Shown here in pieces: positions 27,802-41,137 of a stretch of DNA of 64,000 nucleotides. Position 1 is the first letter of the stretch. Every line of letters starts with the position of its first letter. This DNA is from Piromyces finnis finn (taxonomy: Eukaryota > Fungi > Neocallimastigomycota). Under the pieces are notes generated by a model. It had not been told where the DNA came from. It worked only from the letters and a program-made list of their open reading frames with translations, and did no database searches. The stretch spans positions 248,001 to 312,000 of the forward strand of contig MCFH01000020.1 of NCBI GenBank assembly GCA_002104945.1, in the 5' to 3' direction. The translations under genes and the position numbers were made by a program.

Positions 27802-30800
27802 TTAAAATTGAATTAAATGTTTTAAATCTGGATGATGTTTCATCAAATAATAAACAAGTTGATAATGCCCACTTTTTGCAGCGGCCATAAGGATAGAGGT
27901 ATTAAAGGTACTTTTAATATTAAATTCTGCTCCTACATCAACTAAATATTTGACAATGGTTTCTGAACCATGACTCAATGCAAACATTAATGCACTCCAT
28001 TGTTCATCATCAACATGATTAATATTTACACCATGTTCCACTAAACATTTTACAATAGTGAAATGGCCATTTTGTGCTGCTTTAATAAGCGCTGTTTGTC
28101 CATTGTTCATCTGAGCATTTATATCAGCTCCGTAGTCTAAAAGATCTTCCACCATCCGAAGATGACCATGCTGGGAAGCTAGTATAAGGGCAGTAAGACC
28201 TTGAATACTTTTTGAATTTATTTCTGCCCCTTTTTCAACCAGATAGGGAAGAAGGGATGGCTTGTTATGATAGGCGACATAGAAAAGACTGGTCCATTCA
28301 TCCGTATCTTTTGTATGAATATTTGCACCATGATCTAATAGATCTTTAAATACTTCTTCGGAGGAATAAGTGATAGCGGTCATTAATGGGGTTATTCCTT
28401 GAGTATCTTGACTATTAACCTTTGCACCATACTTTAAAAGTTTTTTAATGATATTTTCCTGATGATAACGAACAGCATAGTGAAAAGCATCTTTGCCATT
28501 TAAGCTTTGTTGATGTAGATCCGCATCATGTTGAATTAAATAGTCAACTATATTTTCTTGACCGTGCATGACGGCAATGATTAAGGGAGTGTAACCATTT
28601 TTTGAATAGTCATTAATATTAGCACCATACCTTATTAGACTATCAACAATGCGTTGAAATCCATTTTTTGCCGCAAACATTAATGCTGTCCATCCATCAT
28701 TTTCTTTAGCATTTCGTTCCGCTCCTTTTTCCAGCAAATATTCTAATATTTCTATATTATTTTGCTGCGAAGCAATGATCAGAGGTGTCCAACCTTCATT
28801 TAATTCCTTGACATTAATATCAATACCATAATCTATAAGACATTTGGATGTTTCTATATGTCCCATACCAACACTTAATATAAGAGCATTCATACCTCCA
28901 TAATCTTTTTCTTGAATATTAATCCCATGATGAATCAAGTAGTCTACCATATCTTTAAATCCATTTTTAGAGGCATAGAGAAAGGCGGTAAATCCATATC
29001 TATTTCTAAGAGTAACATTGGCTCCCTTTTCCACTAAGTATTCAACAATATCTTGATAGCCTTTTGAACAGGCAATCATTAGTGGAGTACATCCATTTTT
29101 ATTTTTCTCATTTATTGGTATTTCACCGTCTTCCAAGAGAACTTTCACTACCTCTAAATGATTCATCTCTGTGGCTATATGAAGTGCATTAAAATCATCT
29201 TTATCTTTTGCTACGACATGGGCTCCCCGTTCTATTAAATACTGAGTGAGCGTTGCTTTTCCATTTTTAGCTGCACAATGTAGCGCCGTAAATCCATCTT
29301 CATTTGTGGCATTGATAAAAGCGTCATGTTCAATTAAATATTCTACAATATTTAAAAATCCATTTTCTGCTGCTAGTAATAATGCCGTCCAACCATTATG
29401 ATCTTTATCATTGATACTGGCATCATGTGCTATTAAAATTTTAACAACATCAAAATGACCCTCTTGAGAAGCAATCATCAACGGAGTCGGTCCATTTTCA
29501 TATCTATCATTAACACTATGACCCTTCGAAATTAAATATTTGATAATTTCGGTGTGACCATTAGAGGCTGCTAGCATCATAGCATTGAAATTATCATTAT
29601 TCATAATATGACTATTAGCTCCATGCTCCATTAAATAATGTACCACGGGTAAATGTCCTTTGTTGACTGCTATTAAAAAAGCACTCCAATGATCATTATT
29701 AATTGTATCAATACATGCCCCATGGTCTACTAATAATTTAACAATGTCTTGAAAACCCATAGATGCAGCTAGAATTAAACTAGTGGATCCTTCATTATTT
29801 CGATCTTCAATACACGCATGATGCTTCAATAGGTAATCAACAATATTGATATGGCCATTCATGGAGGCAATATTCAATGCAGTATAACCGAGAACACCTC
29901 TGTCATGAAGGTTAACACCAAAATCAATTAAATATTTTGCAATGGTTGAATGGCCACAAATACAAGCAATCATTAAAGGAGAAAGATTACTTTGATTTGA
30001 GGGACAAAGATCCGCACCCTTATTCACAAGATATTCAACAATTTCTCTTTGTCCTCGGCAAGTGGCATGCATCACTGCTGTCCAATACTTTTCATCTTTT
30101 TCATTTATATTGACCTTTCCTACTTCTAATAAATATTGAACTAAAGATAGGTTGTCTTTTAAAGTAGCAGCTATTAACAAATGATAATGATTTCTTACCA
30201 AATAATCATGAGAGCAAGAATCAAAAGTAAAAAGAAGTTGAAGTAAAGGAAGTGACTCTTTCTCAATAACTAATAAATACATTTCTTTTTTTATACAAAC
30301 TTTTCCTTTTTGCTGTTGAAGGAGGGTATCTAGTTGTGCAGTACTTATGACTTTTCTCTTCTTTGAATAAGATATTAATTTTAATATAAAATTATTGGTG
30401 TAGGTATTATGATAAAATATCATTTTTGCTAAGCCTTCTTTATTATCTCGTAGAATATATTCCATAATGGTGGCTTGATGTAGGGTATCTTTATAGTTTA
30501 GGTCAATGCCATGGTCTAGAATATATTTTACGATACTTTTATCTATACAATTTCTTTTGTATAGATAGTGAAAAATATTATCACCTTGTTGGTTACAAAA
30601 ATTAATATGTGCTTTATTTTTTAAAAGCCTTGTGGCAATATCAAAACGATGGTGAACCAATGCTTCTGCTAGGGGTATATAATTATCACTAGTTTCATAG
30701 TCAAGGGTTTGACATTGATTTATCAAAAACTCTATAATATCATTAGAGGCATGTTGTTGAAGAGCATACACCAATATATCATTACCTCCCTGAATATTTT

Positions 30801-30882
30801 TAAGATTTATATTATTATATAAAAAATGGGATTTTAATTCATTAATATTATTTTTATTAATTAACAATTTAATGTCATTCAT
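27802..30882 (-). CDS. Ankyrin-repeat protein, 1026 aa, intronless, roughly 24 repeats
   Basis: 33-aa periodic G.T(A/P)L..A...G...IV.YL...GA units. Its N-terminal domain is shared with the neighbour at 32129-34741. Confidence 0.93.
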   Translation of the reverse strand: MNDIKLLINKNNINELKSHFLYNNINLKNIQGGNDILVYALQQHASNDIIEFLINQCQTLDYETSDNYIPLAEALVHHRFDIATRLLKNKAHINFCNQQGDNIFHYLYKRNCIDKSIVKYILDHGIDLNYKDTLHQATIMEYILRDNKEGLAKMIFYHNTYTNNFILKLISYSKKRKVISTAQLDTLLQQQKGKVCIKKEMYLLVIEKESLPLLQLLFTFDSCSHDYLVRNHYHLLIAATLKDNLSLVQYLLEVGKVNINEKDEKYWTAVMHATCRGQREIVEYLVNKGADLCPSNQSNLSPLMIACICGHSTIAKYLIDFGVNLHDRGVLGYTALNIASMNGHINIVDYLLKHHACIEDRNNEGSTSLILAASMGFQDIVKLLVDHGACIDTINNDHWSAFLIAVNKGHLPVVHYLMEHGANSHIMNNDNFNAMMLAASNGHTEIIKYLISKGHSVNDRYENGPTPLMIASQEGHFDVVKILIAHDASINDKDHNGWTALLLAAENGFLNIVEYLIEHDAFINATNEDGFTALHCAAKNGKATLTQYLIERGAHVVAKDKDDFNALHIATEMNHLEVVKVLLEDGEIPINEKNKNGCTPLMIACSKGYQDIVEYLVEKGANVTLRNRYGFTAFLYASKNGFKDMVDYLIHHGINIQEKDYGGMNALILSVGMGHIETSKCLIDYGIDINVKELNEGWTPLIIASQQNNIEILEYLLEKGAERNAKENDGWTALMFAAKNGFQRIVDSLIRYGANINDYSKNGYTPLIIAVMHGQENIVDYLIQHDADLHQQSLNGKDAFHYAVRYHQENIIKKLLKYGAKVNSQDTQGITPLMTAITYSSEEVFKDLLDHGANIHTKDTDEWTSLFYVAYHNKPSLLPYLVEKGAEINSKSIQGLTALILASQHGHLRMVEDLLDYGADINAQMNNGQTALIKAAQNGHFTIVKCLVEHGVNINHVDDEQWSALMFALSHGSETIVKYLVDVGAEFNIKSTFNTSILMAAAKSGHYQLVYYLMKHHPDLKHLIQF

Positions 30883-32128
30883 TTATTGTAGGATCACTGG
30901 TGTTTATTTAATTTCTTTTAATTATTATTAACTAATGAGAAGTGCTTCTATCTAATAATGTGTATATACTTTTTTCGTTTTCTTTTTTTTTATTTTAGTT
31001 TGAGATTTTAATTTTGAATTAAATTTTACTTTTTCTTTCAATTGACTTAAGAAATATAATTAAAAACCAATTTTGAGTTGTTTTTTTTTATTTTATTTTA
31101 TTTATTTTAAAGTTAGAGTAGAATATTATTATATAAAATAAAAGTAGTAGGCTGTGAAATGATATTACTTTAGTTATTTGTCGAGTCGACTTTTAAAAAA
31201 ATAATTATTTTTTTTTTCATGAGAAAATATCTTGATAAAAAAAATTAAATTTTTATTTGTACGATATTAATTAAAAAAAAAAAAAGTTTTTTTTTCATTT
31301 ATAAAAATTGCCTTTTCCATACAAAATTAAATTTAATTTATTTTTATGGAATAATTATCATTAAATAATTTTTCAACTTTAAAATATAGGAACTTTAAAG
31401 TAATTAATGTAATTAGTAGTAACATCCAAAAGAAATATCAACATATATATAAATAATTATATAATTAATTGTATGAAATAGAAAAAATAAATAATGATAT
31501 TACTATTTTTTTTTATAGTAATATCAATTTTAAATATAATAATGAATTCTTCAAATAATAATAATTTTTTATTTTTATTTTTTATTATAATATAAAGTAG
31601 TAATAAATAGTATTTTGAAAATAAATCTTTTTTCTTAGAGTATGCTGGAATAGATTTCTTTATTTAGTAATTTTTTTTCTTTATATTCTACCATTAATAA
31701 CATAAGTTGTATTTTACCTTTATTTATAAATTAAATTCTTTATATATACAATGAATTGCCAAAGTAAATAAAAAAAAAAAATTACTAATTAAAGTATTGC
31801 GATATAATTCTATCTATTTATCTATTTATCTATCTATCTAATTTTAATAATAATAATAGTAATAACAATAAATTAAGTTTATTTAAATATGAACTTTTTT
31901 TTTTTTTCAAAAAATTAAAAAGTTTTTTAGATTTCCTATAAATTAAGTTAATATGTTTTTTTTTTTTCTCATTCATTAATTATATATTGTATCCTATTGC
32001 CAATGGTATTAAATGAAAAAGAAATTATATATATATATAATTTTTTTTCCATTTTCATTTCTATTTTTTTTATTTTTTTTATTAAACTTTATTATTATTA
32101 TGTATTTACTATTATTATTTGTAAGAAT

Positions 32129-34741
32129 TTAATTCACTAAAGATTTAAAACAAATTTTTATATAATCAGAAAATTTAATAGTATTTGCTCCATGCTTAAT
32201 AAGATAACGAACAATGTCTTTGTGTTTATTTTTAGTGGCATACATTAAAGAGGAATAACCATAGTTATTAAGGGCATTGACATTAGCCCCATTTTGAATA
32301 AGGTATTGTACAATATCACAATAACCGTATCGTGAAGCACCCATCAATGCGGTTTGTCCATGCTTATTTTTAATATTAACATCAGCTCCTTTTTCCAATA
32401 AACATAATACGGATTCAATATCTCCCTTTTCAGATGCAATAATTAAAGGAGAGGTGACATTCTTTTCACTCTCATTAATTTTTGCTCCATAATTAATAAG
32501 ATATTGAATTAACCCTAAATTACCATTACGAGTAGCATACATTAGGGCACTCCATCCTGTATTATCTTTATCATTCACGGATGCGTCATGTTCAATAAAG
32601 TATTTTGATACCTCATCATGATTATATTTAATAGAATACATTAATGCCGTTCTACCATTTTTACATTTGTCATTAATATTTGCCCCGTTTTCTACTAGTT
32701 TCTTTATGACATTTAAATTACCAAATTGCGCTGCTACCATTAATGCGGTACATCCTCTACTACACTTTTTATTAATATTATAGCCATGTTGAATGAGATA
32801 TTCTACAATTTCTTCATTACCATGTTGTGCTGCTAAAATTAATGTTGACCATTGCTCTTTTTCTTCACTCTTTTGATTAATATTACTTTCTGATTCCGAT
32901 AGATATCGAACAATTTCAATTTGATTATTTCTGGAAGCAATCATTAACGCCGTATAATTATATTCATTTCTAACATTGATATTGGCCCCATGTTCAATTA
33001 AGCATTGTACAGAGGATAAATTACCATATTCACAAGCAATCATTAATGCGGTAATTCCAGCCCAACTTTTGTAATTTACATTAGCACCATGCTTAATTAA
33101 GCAATCAATAATGGCGGTGTAACCATTTCGAGCAGCATTTATTAATGCTGTTCGACCTTCATTCGTTTTAACATTAACATTAGCACCGTATTTAATTAAA
33201 GCTTCAACAACCTCCTGATAACCATATTTACTGGCAACAATAAGGGCATTCCATCCATTTTTATCCTTTTTATGTATATTTGCACCATTTTTAATTAAAC
33301 AATGAACAACGTCAGTATGACCATTTTGACATGCATTTAATAAAGCATTCCATCCATGCTTATCCTTATCATTAACTTTAGCCCCCTTTTCAATCAAAAA
33401 GTTGACAATATCTACATTTCCTTGTTCTGAGGCAAACATTAAGGCTGTGGTGCCATACTTGTCTTTTTCATTAACATTAATTCGATGCTTGACTAAACAT
33501 TCAATCACCTCACGATGACCATTTTCACAAGCGGTCATCAATGAATTCAAATGATTTTTATTTCTACTATTAACATTAATACCACAATCAATAAGATAAT
33601 TCACTATCTTTTCATGACCATTCTTGGAAGCAATCATCAAGGCATTCCATCCTTCAATATCTTTTTGATGAAGATTAATGCCATGATCAATTAAACATTT
33701 TACCACCTCTTCATTTCCATCTTGGGAGGCATACATCAGTGCTGACCATCCATACCGTTCTTGAGCATTAATTTCAATTCCTTGTTCTATTAAATATTTA
33801 ACAATATCTACATTTCCAATAATGGAAGCAACAATCAATGCGGTCATGCCATGTTTTTCTCGTTCATTAATATCAACCCCTTTTTCCAATAAATATTTTA
33901 CAATTTCTAAATTATTACTTTTTGCTGCACTCGTTAATAACTCATAATCTCCATCCATACCTAATTTTTGTAGCTCTAATGGATCGTGTATTTTCCAAAG
34001 TTGTTTCAAGGTATATAATGAACCGTTATTTATAGATGAAAAATACATATCCTTGGTAATATGAAGTTTATCTTTTTCATTATGTATTATTTGTTTAAAT
34101 TGTCGACTAGGAATGGCAATTCTATTTTTAGAGAAAAGAATCATTTGAATAATAAAGGGTACATCATAAATATAATGTTCGATAATTGGTTTGATATAGG
34201 ATTCATTTTTATTAAAGATGGTATATTCTAAAAATTTCTTTCCATTCGTATCCTCAAAATTAATATTTATATGATGATCAAGGACGTATTTTAACATTTT
34301 GACATCTAACACACCACTATAAAAAAGATGAATGAGAAGATTAATGCCATTTCCATTCACATAATTTATATTGGCATTTTTCTTTAATAATAGATTTGCA
34401 ATGGTATAATTTTTTAACTCTATGGCTTTATAAATGGGTATTTGGGTATGATTAATTTCATAATTTACATTATTTCCATAATTTTCAATAATAAAATTAA
34501 TAATATTAAAACTTGCTTTTTGTTCTATGGCGTATAGTAATACATCAAATATATCATCATCATCATTATTATCATCATTATTATTTTCATGTTCATCGTT
34601 ATTTCTGTGCCTATCATTCGTATTTGATATATATTTTTTTTCTTTTTCACAAACTTTACTTAATTGTAAATTATTAAATAAAGTATATGATTTCAATTCA
34701 TAGATATTATTCTCTTCAATTAACTGTTTTACAACATTCAT
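32129..34741 (-). CDS. Ankyrin-repeat protein, 870 aa, intronless, roughly 18 repeats; tandem paralog
   Basis: Ankyrin consensus repeats. N-terminus MNVVKQLIEENNIYELKSY..DVLLYAIEQKAS parallels MNDIKLLINKNNINELKSH..DILVYALQQHAS. Confidence 0.93.
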   Translation of the reverse strand: MNVVKQLIEENNIYELKSYTLFNNLQLSKVCEKEKKYISNTNDRHRNNDEHENNNDDNNDDDDIFDVLLYAIEQKASFNIINFIIENYGNNVNYEINHTQIPIYKAIELKNYTIANLLLKKNANINYVNGNGINLLIHLFYSGVLDVKMLKYVLDHHININFEDTNGKKFLEYTIFNKNESYIKPIIEHYIYDVPFIIQMILFSKNRIAIPSRQFKQIIHNEKDKLHITKDMYFSSINNGSLYTLKQLWKIHDPLELQKLGMDGDYELLTSAAKSNNLEIVKYLLEKGVDINEREKHGMTALIVASIIGNVDIVKYLIEQGIEINAQERYGWSALMYASQDGNEEVVKCLIDHGINLHQKDIEGWNALMIASKNGHEKIVNYLIDCGINVNSRNKNHLNSLMTACENGHREVIECLVKHRINVNEKDKYGTTALMFASEQGNVDIVNFLIEKGAKVNDKDKHGWNALLNACQNGHTDVVHCLIKNGANIHKKDKNGWNALIVASKYGYQEVVEALIKYGANVNVKTNEGRTALINAARNGYTAIIDCLIKHGANVNYKSWAGITALMIACEYGNLSSVQCLIEHGANINVRNEYNYTALMIASRNNQIEIVRYLSESESNINQKSEEKEQWSTLILAAQHGNEEIVEYLIQHGYNINKKCSRGCTALMVAAQFGNLNVIKKLVENGANINDKCKNGRTALMYSIKYNHDEVSKYFIEHDASVNDKDNTGWSALMYATRNGNLGLIQYLINYGAKINESEKNVTSPLIIASEKGDIESVLCLLEKGADVNIKNKHGQTALMGASRYGYCDIVQYLIQNGANVNALNNYGYSSLMYATKNKHKDIVRYLIKHGANTIKFSDYIKICFKSLVN

Positions 34742-35243
34742 CTACTCTTTTTTCTATTTTATTGAATATATACACTATTTGTAATGAAGGTATTTAATAT
34801 AAAAATTAATTATAAATATATATTTAATATTTAAAATTTTTTTTTTTTATTTTATTTTCTCTTCCACTGAACGTTTTTTATGAAAATATAATTTTTTTCT
34901 TTCTTTTCTTTTTAATTTTTATTCATTACTATAATCATATTTCTGTATTTTTTTTTTTTTATTTATTTGGTATTTTTATTTGATACTTATTCAAAATGAC
35001 TTGTTTTCTAAAATAATTATATATATCATATAATATGTATACAAGTTAATAATCTACTTTTATACATAATGATTTAATTATTAGTTGAATTATTATTGTA
35101 TTTAACTACAGATTTTACTCTACCTACTACTAAATTAAAATATATTCACAATAATTTAAGTTTTAAAGTAAAAGAAATGGGAAAAAAAATTAAAGGAAAT
35201 TTTATATAAAGTTTTTTTTTTTTAATATAAAGTCATTAATTAC

Positions 35244-35274
<31 letters not shown>

Positions 35275-37214
35275 AAATTTTTTAATTACACATAATACAT
35301 TTAAAGTTTAAAAAAAATGAGATTTTAACTTTAATATTAATTTATATTTTATTATTCTTATTATTATTTCTTTTTTACTTTATATTAATTATAAAATATA
35401 TATAAAAAAAAACTATATATTGATTTATAGTTTAAATTACTAATTTTAAAAAATTATAGATATGAAAATACTAATAAATATTTAATTTGATATATATTAA
35501 TGTCATTTATAATTTTTGAGATTAAAACTATTATTACTTTTTTTTACTCATATAGAATAAAAGGTAGTAATTTTATATATAATTTTATATATATATTAGT
35601 ACAGGAAGTGTAATCAACACTAAACTTAAAGTAAATGAAGTATTTATTAAATAGATGTAAAAAGCTGCAAAATATTGAATTTTATTTTTTTTTTTTTTTA
35701 ACTAAAATAAGATACTATTTATTATTAATTATTATAAATTAAGATTTAATATATGTATTATAAAGTTTTAAAAAAATTTAAATAAATTTAATTGACCATT
35801 AAAATATAATTAAAATATTGGTTATAAGTTATAATGTTTTTTTTTTTTTAATCTCAAAAAGTCAAAAAAAAAAATATAAGTTGTTCTACTACTTGAATAC
35901 ATTTAATGAATACATTTAATGTATTTGACTTTTAATAGGATTAAAAATCATAATTAAAAACCTATATTTATCAATAAATGAAATTATAAACAGTAATAGT
36001 TGTACTATCCTTTCTTACTTCATCTTTTTGTTTTGTTTTAAATTTATTTAACATTAGCCTATTGTTAGGCAAAAAATTTTAGTAAATATTTTTAAAAAAA
36101 ACGAGTGAATATTGTTTATTATTATTATTATTATTATTATTATTTTCTTTTCTTTTTTTTTTTTTTTTTTGATGAATTAGTATTTATCCTAGATTTTTGG
36201 CAGATTTAGCCAGAAATTTTAGCCAGAAGAAATTTGAATCTGGCGAAACTTTTAAACAAGAAATTTTCAAAAAATGGAATTTTTTTGAAAAATATAAGAA
36301 TACCCATTCCAATTATTGTTATTTAATTTTTTAAAATAAAGTATTTAATGAATTACATTAGGTAACAATATACATATATTAATAAAATAAGAAATAAATA
36401 AATAAAATATAAAAAAATGAAAATGAAAATGAAAATAGTTATTAAAGTTTACATATTGATTTGATAAACTCTATAAAATATATATTGTATAATATATATT
36501 ATATAATATATAATTTCTTAGATAAAGATATGTTATACAATATAAATTTTACAAAGAAATTATATGAATTAAAAAAGTGTATTATAACGTCAAATAAGAG
36601 AGTGTGATATCTATTAAATTTATCCTTCATGTTTTCCATTCATAAAATTACTAACAATAGATCGTAATAGAATATATAAAATGTAATTTTTAATCATCGG
36701 TGCTCATGATTATGAATAAATGCAAAATTCTGTATATATGGAACAAGAAACAAAGACGAAGTATAAAACCATTTATTTAATTATTTTTGTTCCACCTTAC
36801 TTATGAATTTATTATTCATTCTAGATTAAATTTTTCCTTAAAAAGGAACCAAAATATAGTTTTAAATTTTTTTTTTTGTTTGTTTGTTTGTCTGTTTTAG
36901 AACGTAAATATATAAACAAATTATTATTAAAAGGTAAAAAAAAAAAAAAAAAAAAACACCAAGAAAGTTGAATGAAGGAAGTTCTGTATAAAGTGAAGAC
37001 AGAACATTCCAAAAATCTAATAATGGAAAGATGGATTCATTTTACATTGGTAGTCAACAGTAATAGAATTATTACTTTTAACTAGTTATTAACTAGCTAC
37101 TAGCTCTAACAATTCTAGCAGTAATTTCTAAATTTTTAAAAAAAGAGATGTGTTACAAAGAAAAATAAATTACATTTAATCCATAATGTTTAATGTCATA
37201 ATTAAATTGATCGC

Positions 37215-37219
<5 letters not shown>

Positions 37220-37255
<36 letters not shown>

Positions 37256-40200
37256 GGCATCAAATATTTTAAACTTTATTATTAATTTAATTAAAATTAT
37301 AATACATGTAATATAAAAATTAAAATAAAATAAAAATAAAAAAAATATGTTTAAATAAACACAAATGAATAAAAATTGGGTATAATGTATTCTAGTAATT
37401 TTAGTTAAAGTAAGAAAGCCACTATTATACTAAAGTATAACAATTGTATTTGACTTCCAATAGGACACCGAGCCAAAGATCAAAATTTTATCATGGAACA
37501 AAATTATGATCTCCATTGGTTGCGCTGGCCCTCCTGGCCTGTCTTACTGTTTCTTCAGCATTGACGCTCTTGGATGTTGCTTCAAACCTTTTGAACATTG
37601 ACCATTGCTGGCCAATAGCAAAAGGCATGATTTTGGTTAGAAGTTCCGCGGTTACCGTCAAGAATGGTGTTCCTTCATTAGTACCAGATTGAATCTGACG
37701 CTTACAAAGTTCTTTCCATTCCCTTGAATTGTAATTAATATTGTTAAAACTTCTTCCCCCAAGAAGGAATTTAAATATTTTACTGCACACACTAGAATAA
37801 TCATACACATTAATATTCACCGGATTATTAGAACTATTACTATCATTAACTAAATTACTATCTAAATTAGAATTATTATCATCACTATTGCTATCATTAC
37901 TAATATTATTATTTCTATTACTACTATTATTATTATTACTATTTCTATATTTCTATTATTACTAATACTACTATTGTTATTATTACTATTGTTATTATTA
38001 CTATTGTTACTATTACTATTACTGTTATTGCTATCTCTGCTGATATTAACATTTTCATTATTATTGATAGGACTATTGGAATTACGTTGACTGAAAAAAT
38101 TTAATAGCTGGACTATGGAATTATAATGTTTAATACGGATATCTCTAAATGTTGGACAATCTAATAACCAATGTTTAATACTTTGATCTCCACACTTGCA
38201 ACATGGACAGTAGTTAGGACAAACTGGACCAACAAATTTAGCAGCTTTGGCAACTCTAGCATCCAACTTGTATCCGCTTCTTGCTTTCAATAGCCAGTAG
38301 AAGCCATAGGCAAACTCTGGGTACTCATAACATAATTTAATAAAATCTTTAGTTTCAATAAATTTATTATCATCATAATATTGCGCTTTGATTGAATTCC
38401 CTTTGAGATCTTTCCAATAAAAGTTTTTAACTGCTTTAACATCTCCATGTTTCTTTAGTTTTTTATCAAGTGTCCTACTTGATTTGCACCACGTGTATTT
38501 TCTAAATTTAGGAATGTAATTGACAAGGTGTGAGATAATACAATTTGAGTTTTTCCATTTGTTAAAACATCTAACCTGAGCTAACGCACAATTGGCTGAC
38601 AATGGAGGAATATTCAAATCTTTTGAGATAGAGTATAAAGATATAAACGATACAGCTTTATGAACTCCGGCAACCCATCGTATTCCTTTGTTAACATGCT
38701 TCTGAGCAATTCTAGACCTAGCTTTGTTGGATCCAAGTAATGGTGCAAAGTATGAAACTCTGCTGATTACTTGTGAGTTAAGTACTAGCTTTTTGAAGGG
38801 AATAGGAATATTAGGATTTCTTAAGAATTTACTGACTGAAAAAAGTCCTTTCAAAACCTTGTTATTAAGAGCTTTAATAACTGGTTTAAGGGACAGATTC
38901 TTATCAAATGGAACACTAAGATAAGTATAGCAATCAGTAGTTGGAATGGGTTGTCCTGCTAAGTAAAATGTTGGATCTCTCTTGTTCTGATTTTCTATTG
39001 ATTCAGGACGAATCACCATCGTTGAACATTTCTGGATACCAAATTCCATTTCATTATACAAGGCCCATTCATTAACTCTTCTAAGCATCTTTTTTAAGCA
39101 TCCTCTTGTTGGAGCACAAATAACTATATCATCTGCAAAAAGTCCACCACAGCATCGAGTGTCACCTAAACTGACACCGAGATCTTCGCACTCTTTAAAT
39201 ATATCATTAATAAAGAGATTAAAGAGAATAGGAGAAAGTGGGCAACCTTGACGGACTCCTTTCTTCACATCAAAAGATTTCGAGAATTGACCATCTAATT
39301 TGACATTAGCCTTAGATGTTAAATATAAATTTTTGATAAATTGTAAACTCTTACCTCAGATTCCTAAACAATCTAATTTATGGAGAATATTACCGATTGG
39401 GACTGAATCGTATGCTTCCCTGAGATCTAAAAAGGCCAAATATGTCTCTTTATTATCTAATTGACGTCTACGGCATATTTCTTGGATTGAAATGAAAAGA
39501 CTGATACTTTCTTCCTTTTTTCGAAAACCAAATTGTTCAGGTCTAATGAAATTATTCTTAAGACCATATTCTGAGATTCTAGTGGTGACAATTTTGGAAA
39601 TCAACTTAATACCATTATTGATAAGTGATATACCTCGATAGTTATCACAATCTGTCAAATCTCCCTTCTTAGGAATAGAAACAATACTGGATTCATTCCA
39701 TGAGTTGGGAAAGTCTCCATCCCAAATACGGTTGAATAATTTAAGAATAAAATTTAAACCATGAGCATCATTATCTGAAGTGGTATTACCGGAAGAATTA
39801 TTACCTGTAGCATTATTAGAATCATTACTTGATGGAATTAATGCTTTGTAAAATTCAATTGGAATACCATCCGGACCTGATGCTTTATAATTTGGAGTAG
39901 AGAGGATAGCTGACTTGACTTCATCAATACTAATATCTTGGTTGATATCCCATTCATCAAGCATAGGAAGTGAAAAACGTTTATTCGTTGGTTCTTCATA
40001 CCAATGCTCCAAGTCAAGACTTACACCACTTGGATCTGATGCAAGCTTTTCGAAATGATCATGCCACACATCTAGTTGTTCTTCCGTAGCAACAACTAAT
40101 TCTCCATTTTTATTTTTAATTGGTTGAGCAATAAAGAAAGAATCTTTTCCAATTTTTGCAGTTTTCTTGATCCATTTCCAGGCCTTCTTTGGATTATGAC

Positions 40201-41137
40201 TCTTCATATACTCAAATCCTGTTTTAATCCAATGAAGATATTCTTGCTTCCTAAATTCATTACATCTTTTGTGGATGTAGTCAATCAGCTTACGGTAGAT
40301 TTTAATTCTTTTAATAAATTCATCTATATCATAAATTCTTTCTTTTTTAAATCTCTTATACAACTTCATTTTGATTTTTTGAAGATTAAAAATTTGTTGT
40401 GAAATATGAAATGAAGACTTTATAACATTAGGATCGTTGAATTTTGCTGAAAGTATTTGGAATTTATTATGACTGAGAGTAGATTCCTTTTCCTCAATAC
40501 ATTTTAATCTATTCCATTTCAGAATTTTCTTAGGAACATTAAAGTCATTAGAAAAATCTTCCATAGGAATAATTTTACCATTAATAAGGAGTGGCTTATG
40601 GTCTGATACAGGATAAAAATTATTTATAAATGATCCTGAGTGAATAAGATCTTTCATCTTCGAATTGATAAGAGCATGGTCAATGTCGGAAGATTGATCA
40701 CCTCGAGTCCAAGAGATAGTCGACCCTCTAAGCGGAAGAATTTCCCAATCTCCTAATCCATTAGTTGATAACCAGTTGGATAATTTAACTTTAGACATAT
40801 TAAAATCACCAACAAGAATCGATGGATGGGATGAATGAGTTTGTAACCACAAGCGAACTTCTAACTTTGCATGATCAACATAGATGTTGTGATGACTATG
40901 AGGCATATAAACATTTCCAATCGAGCATTTGAATCTATTCCAGAGACTAAAAGTATAAATAGAAATAATATACTTTCCAGAGAAGTTTTCAAGTGAGGCT
41001 TGACACGAATTGTGAAAACCTAAATATAAACCTCTCATTCCCGGAACTGATTCATCAGCTTTCTTGAAAAAGTGTCTATAGTTTCGCAAAGTAACACGAC
41101 AAGGATAATCTGTATTCGAACCAGAACCATTACCAGT
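37220..41137 (-). mobile_element. 5'-truncated, inactivated copy of the same LINE family
   Basis: Poly(A) tail and 3' UTR nearly identical to 16519-16755. 13-bp TSD TTGATCGCTTACT at 37207-37219 and 41138-41150. Truncated inside the APE domain. Arg-to-TGA nonsense change near 39357, an 84-bp in-frame deletion between TAATGTT microhomologies (DPNV|IKSS), and a frameshift in the Asn-rich tract near 37900. Confidence 0.95.
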
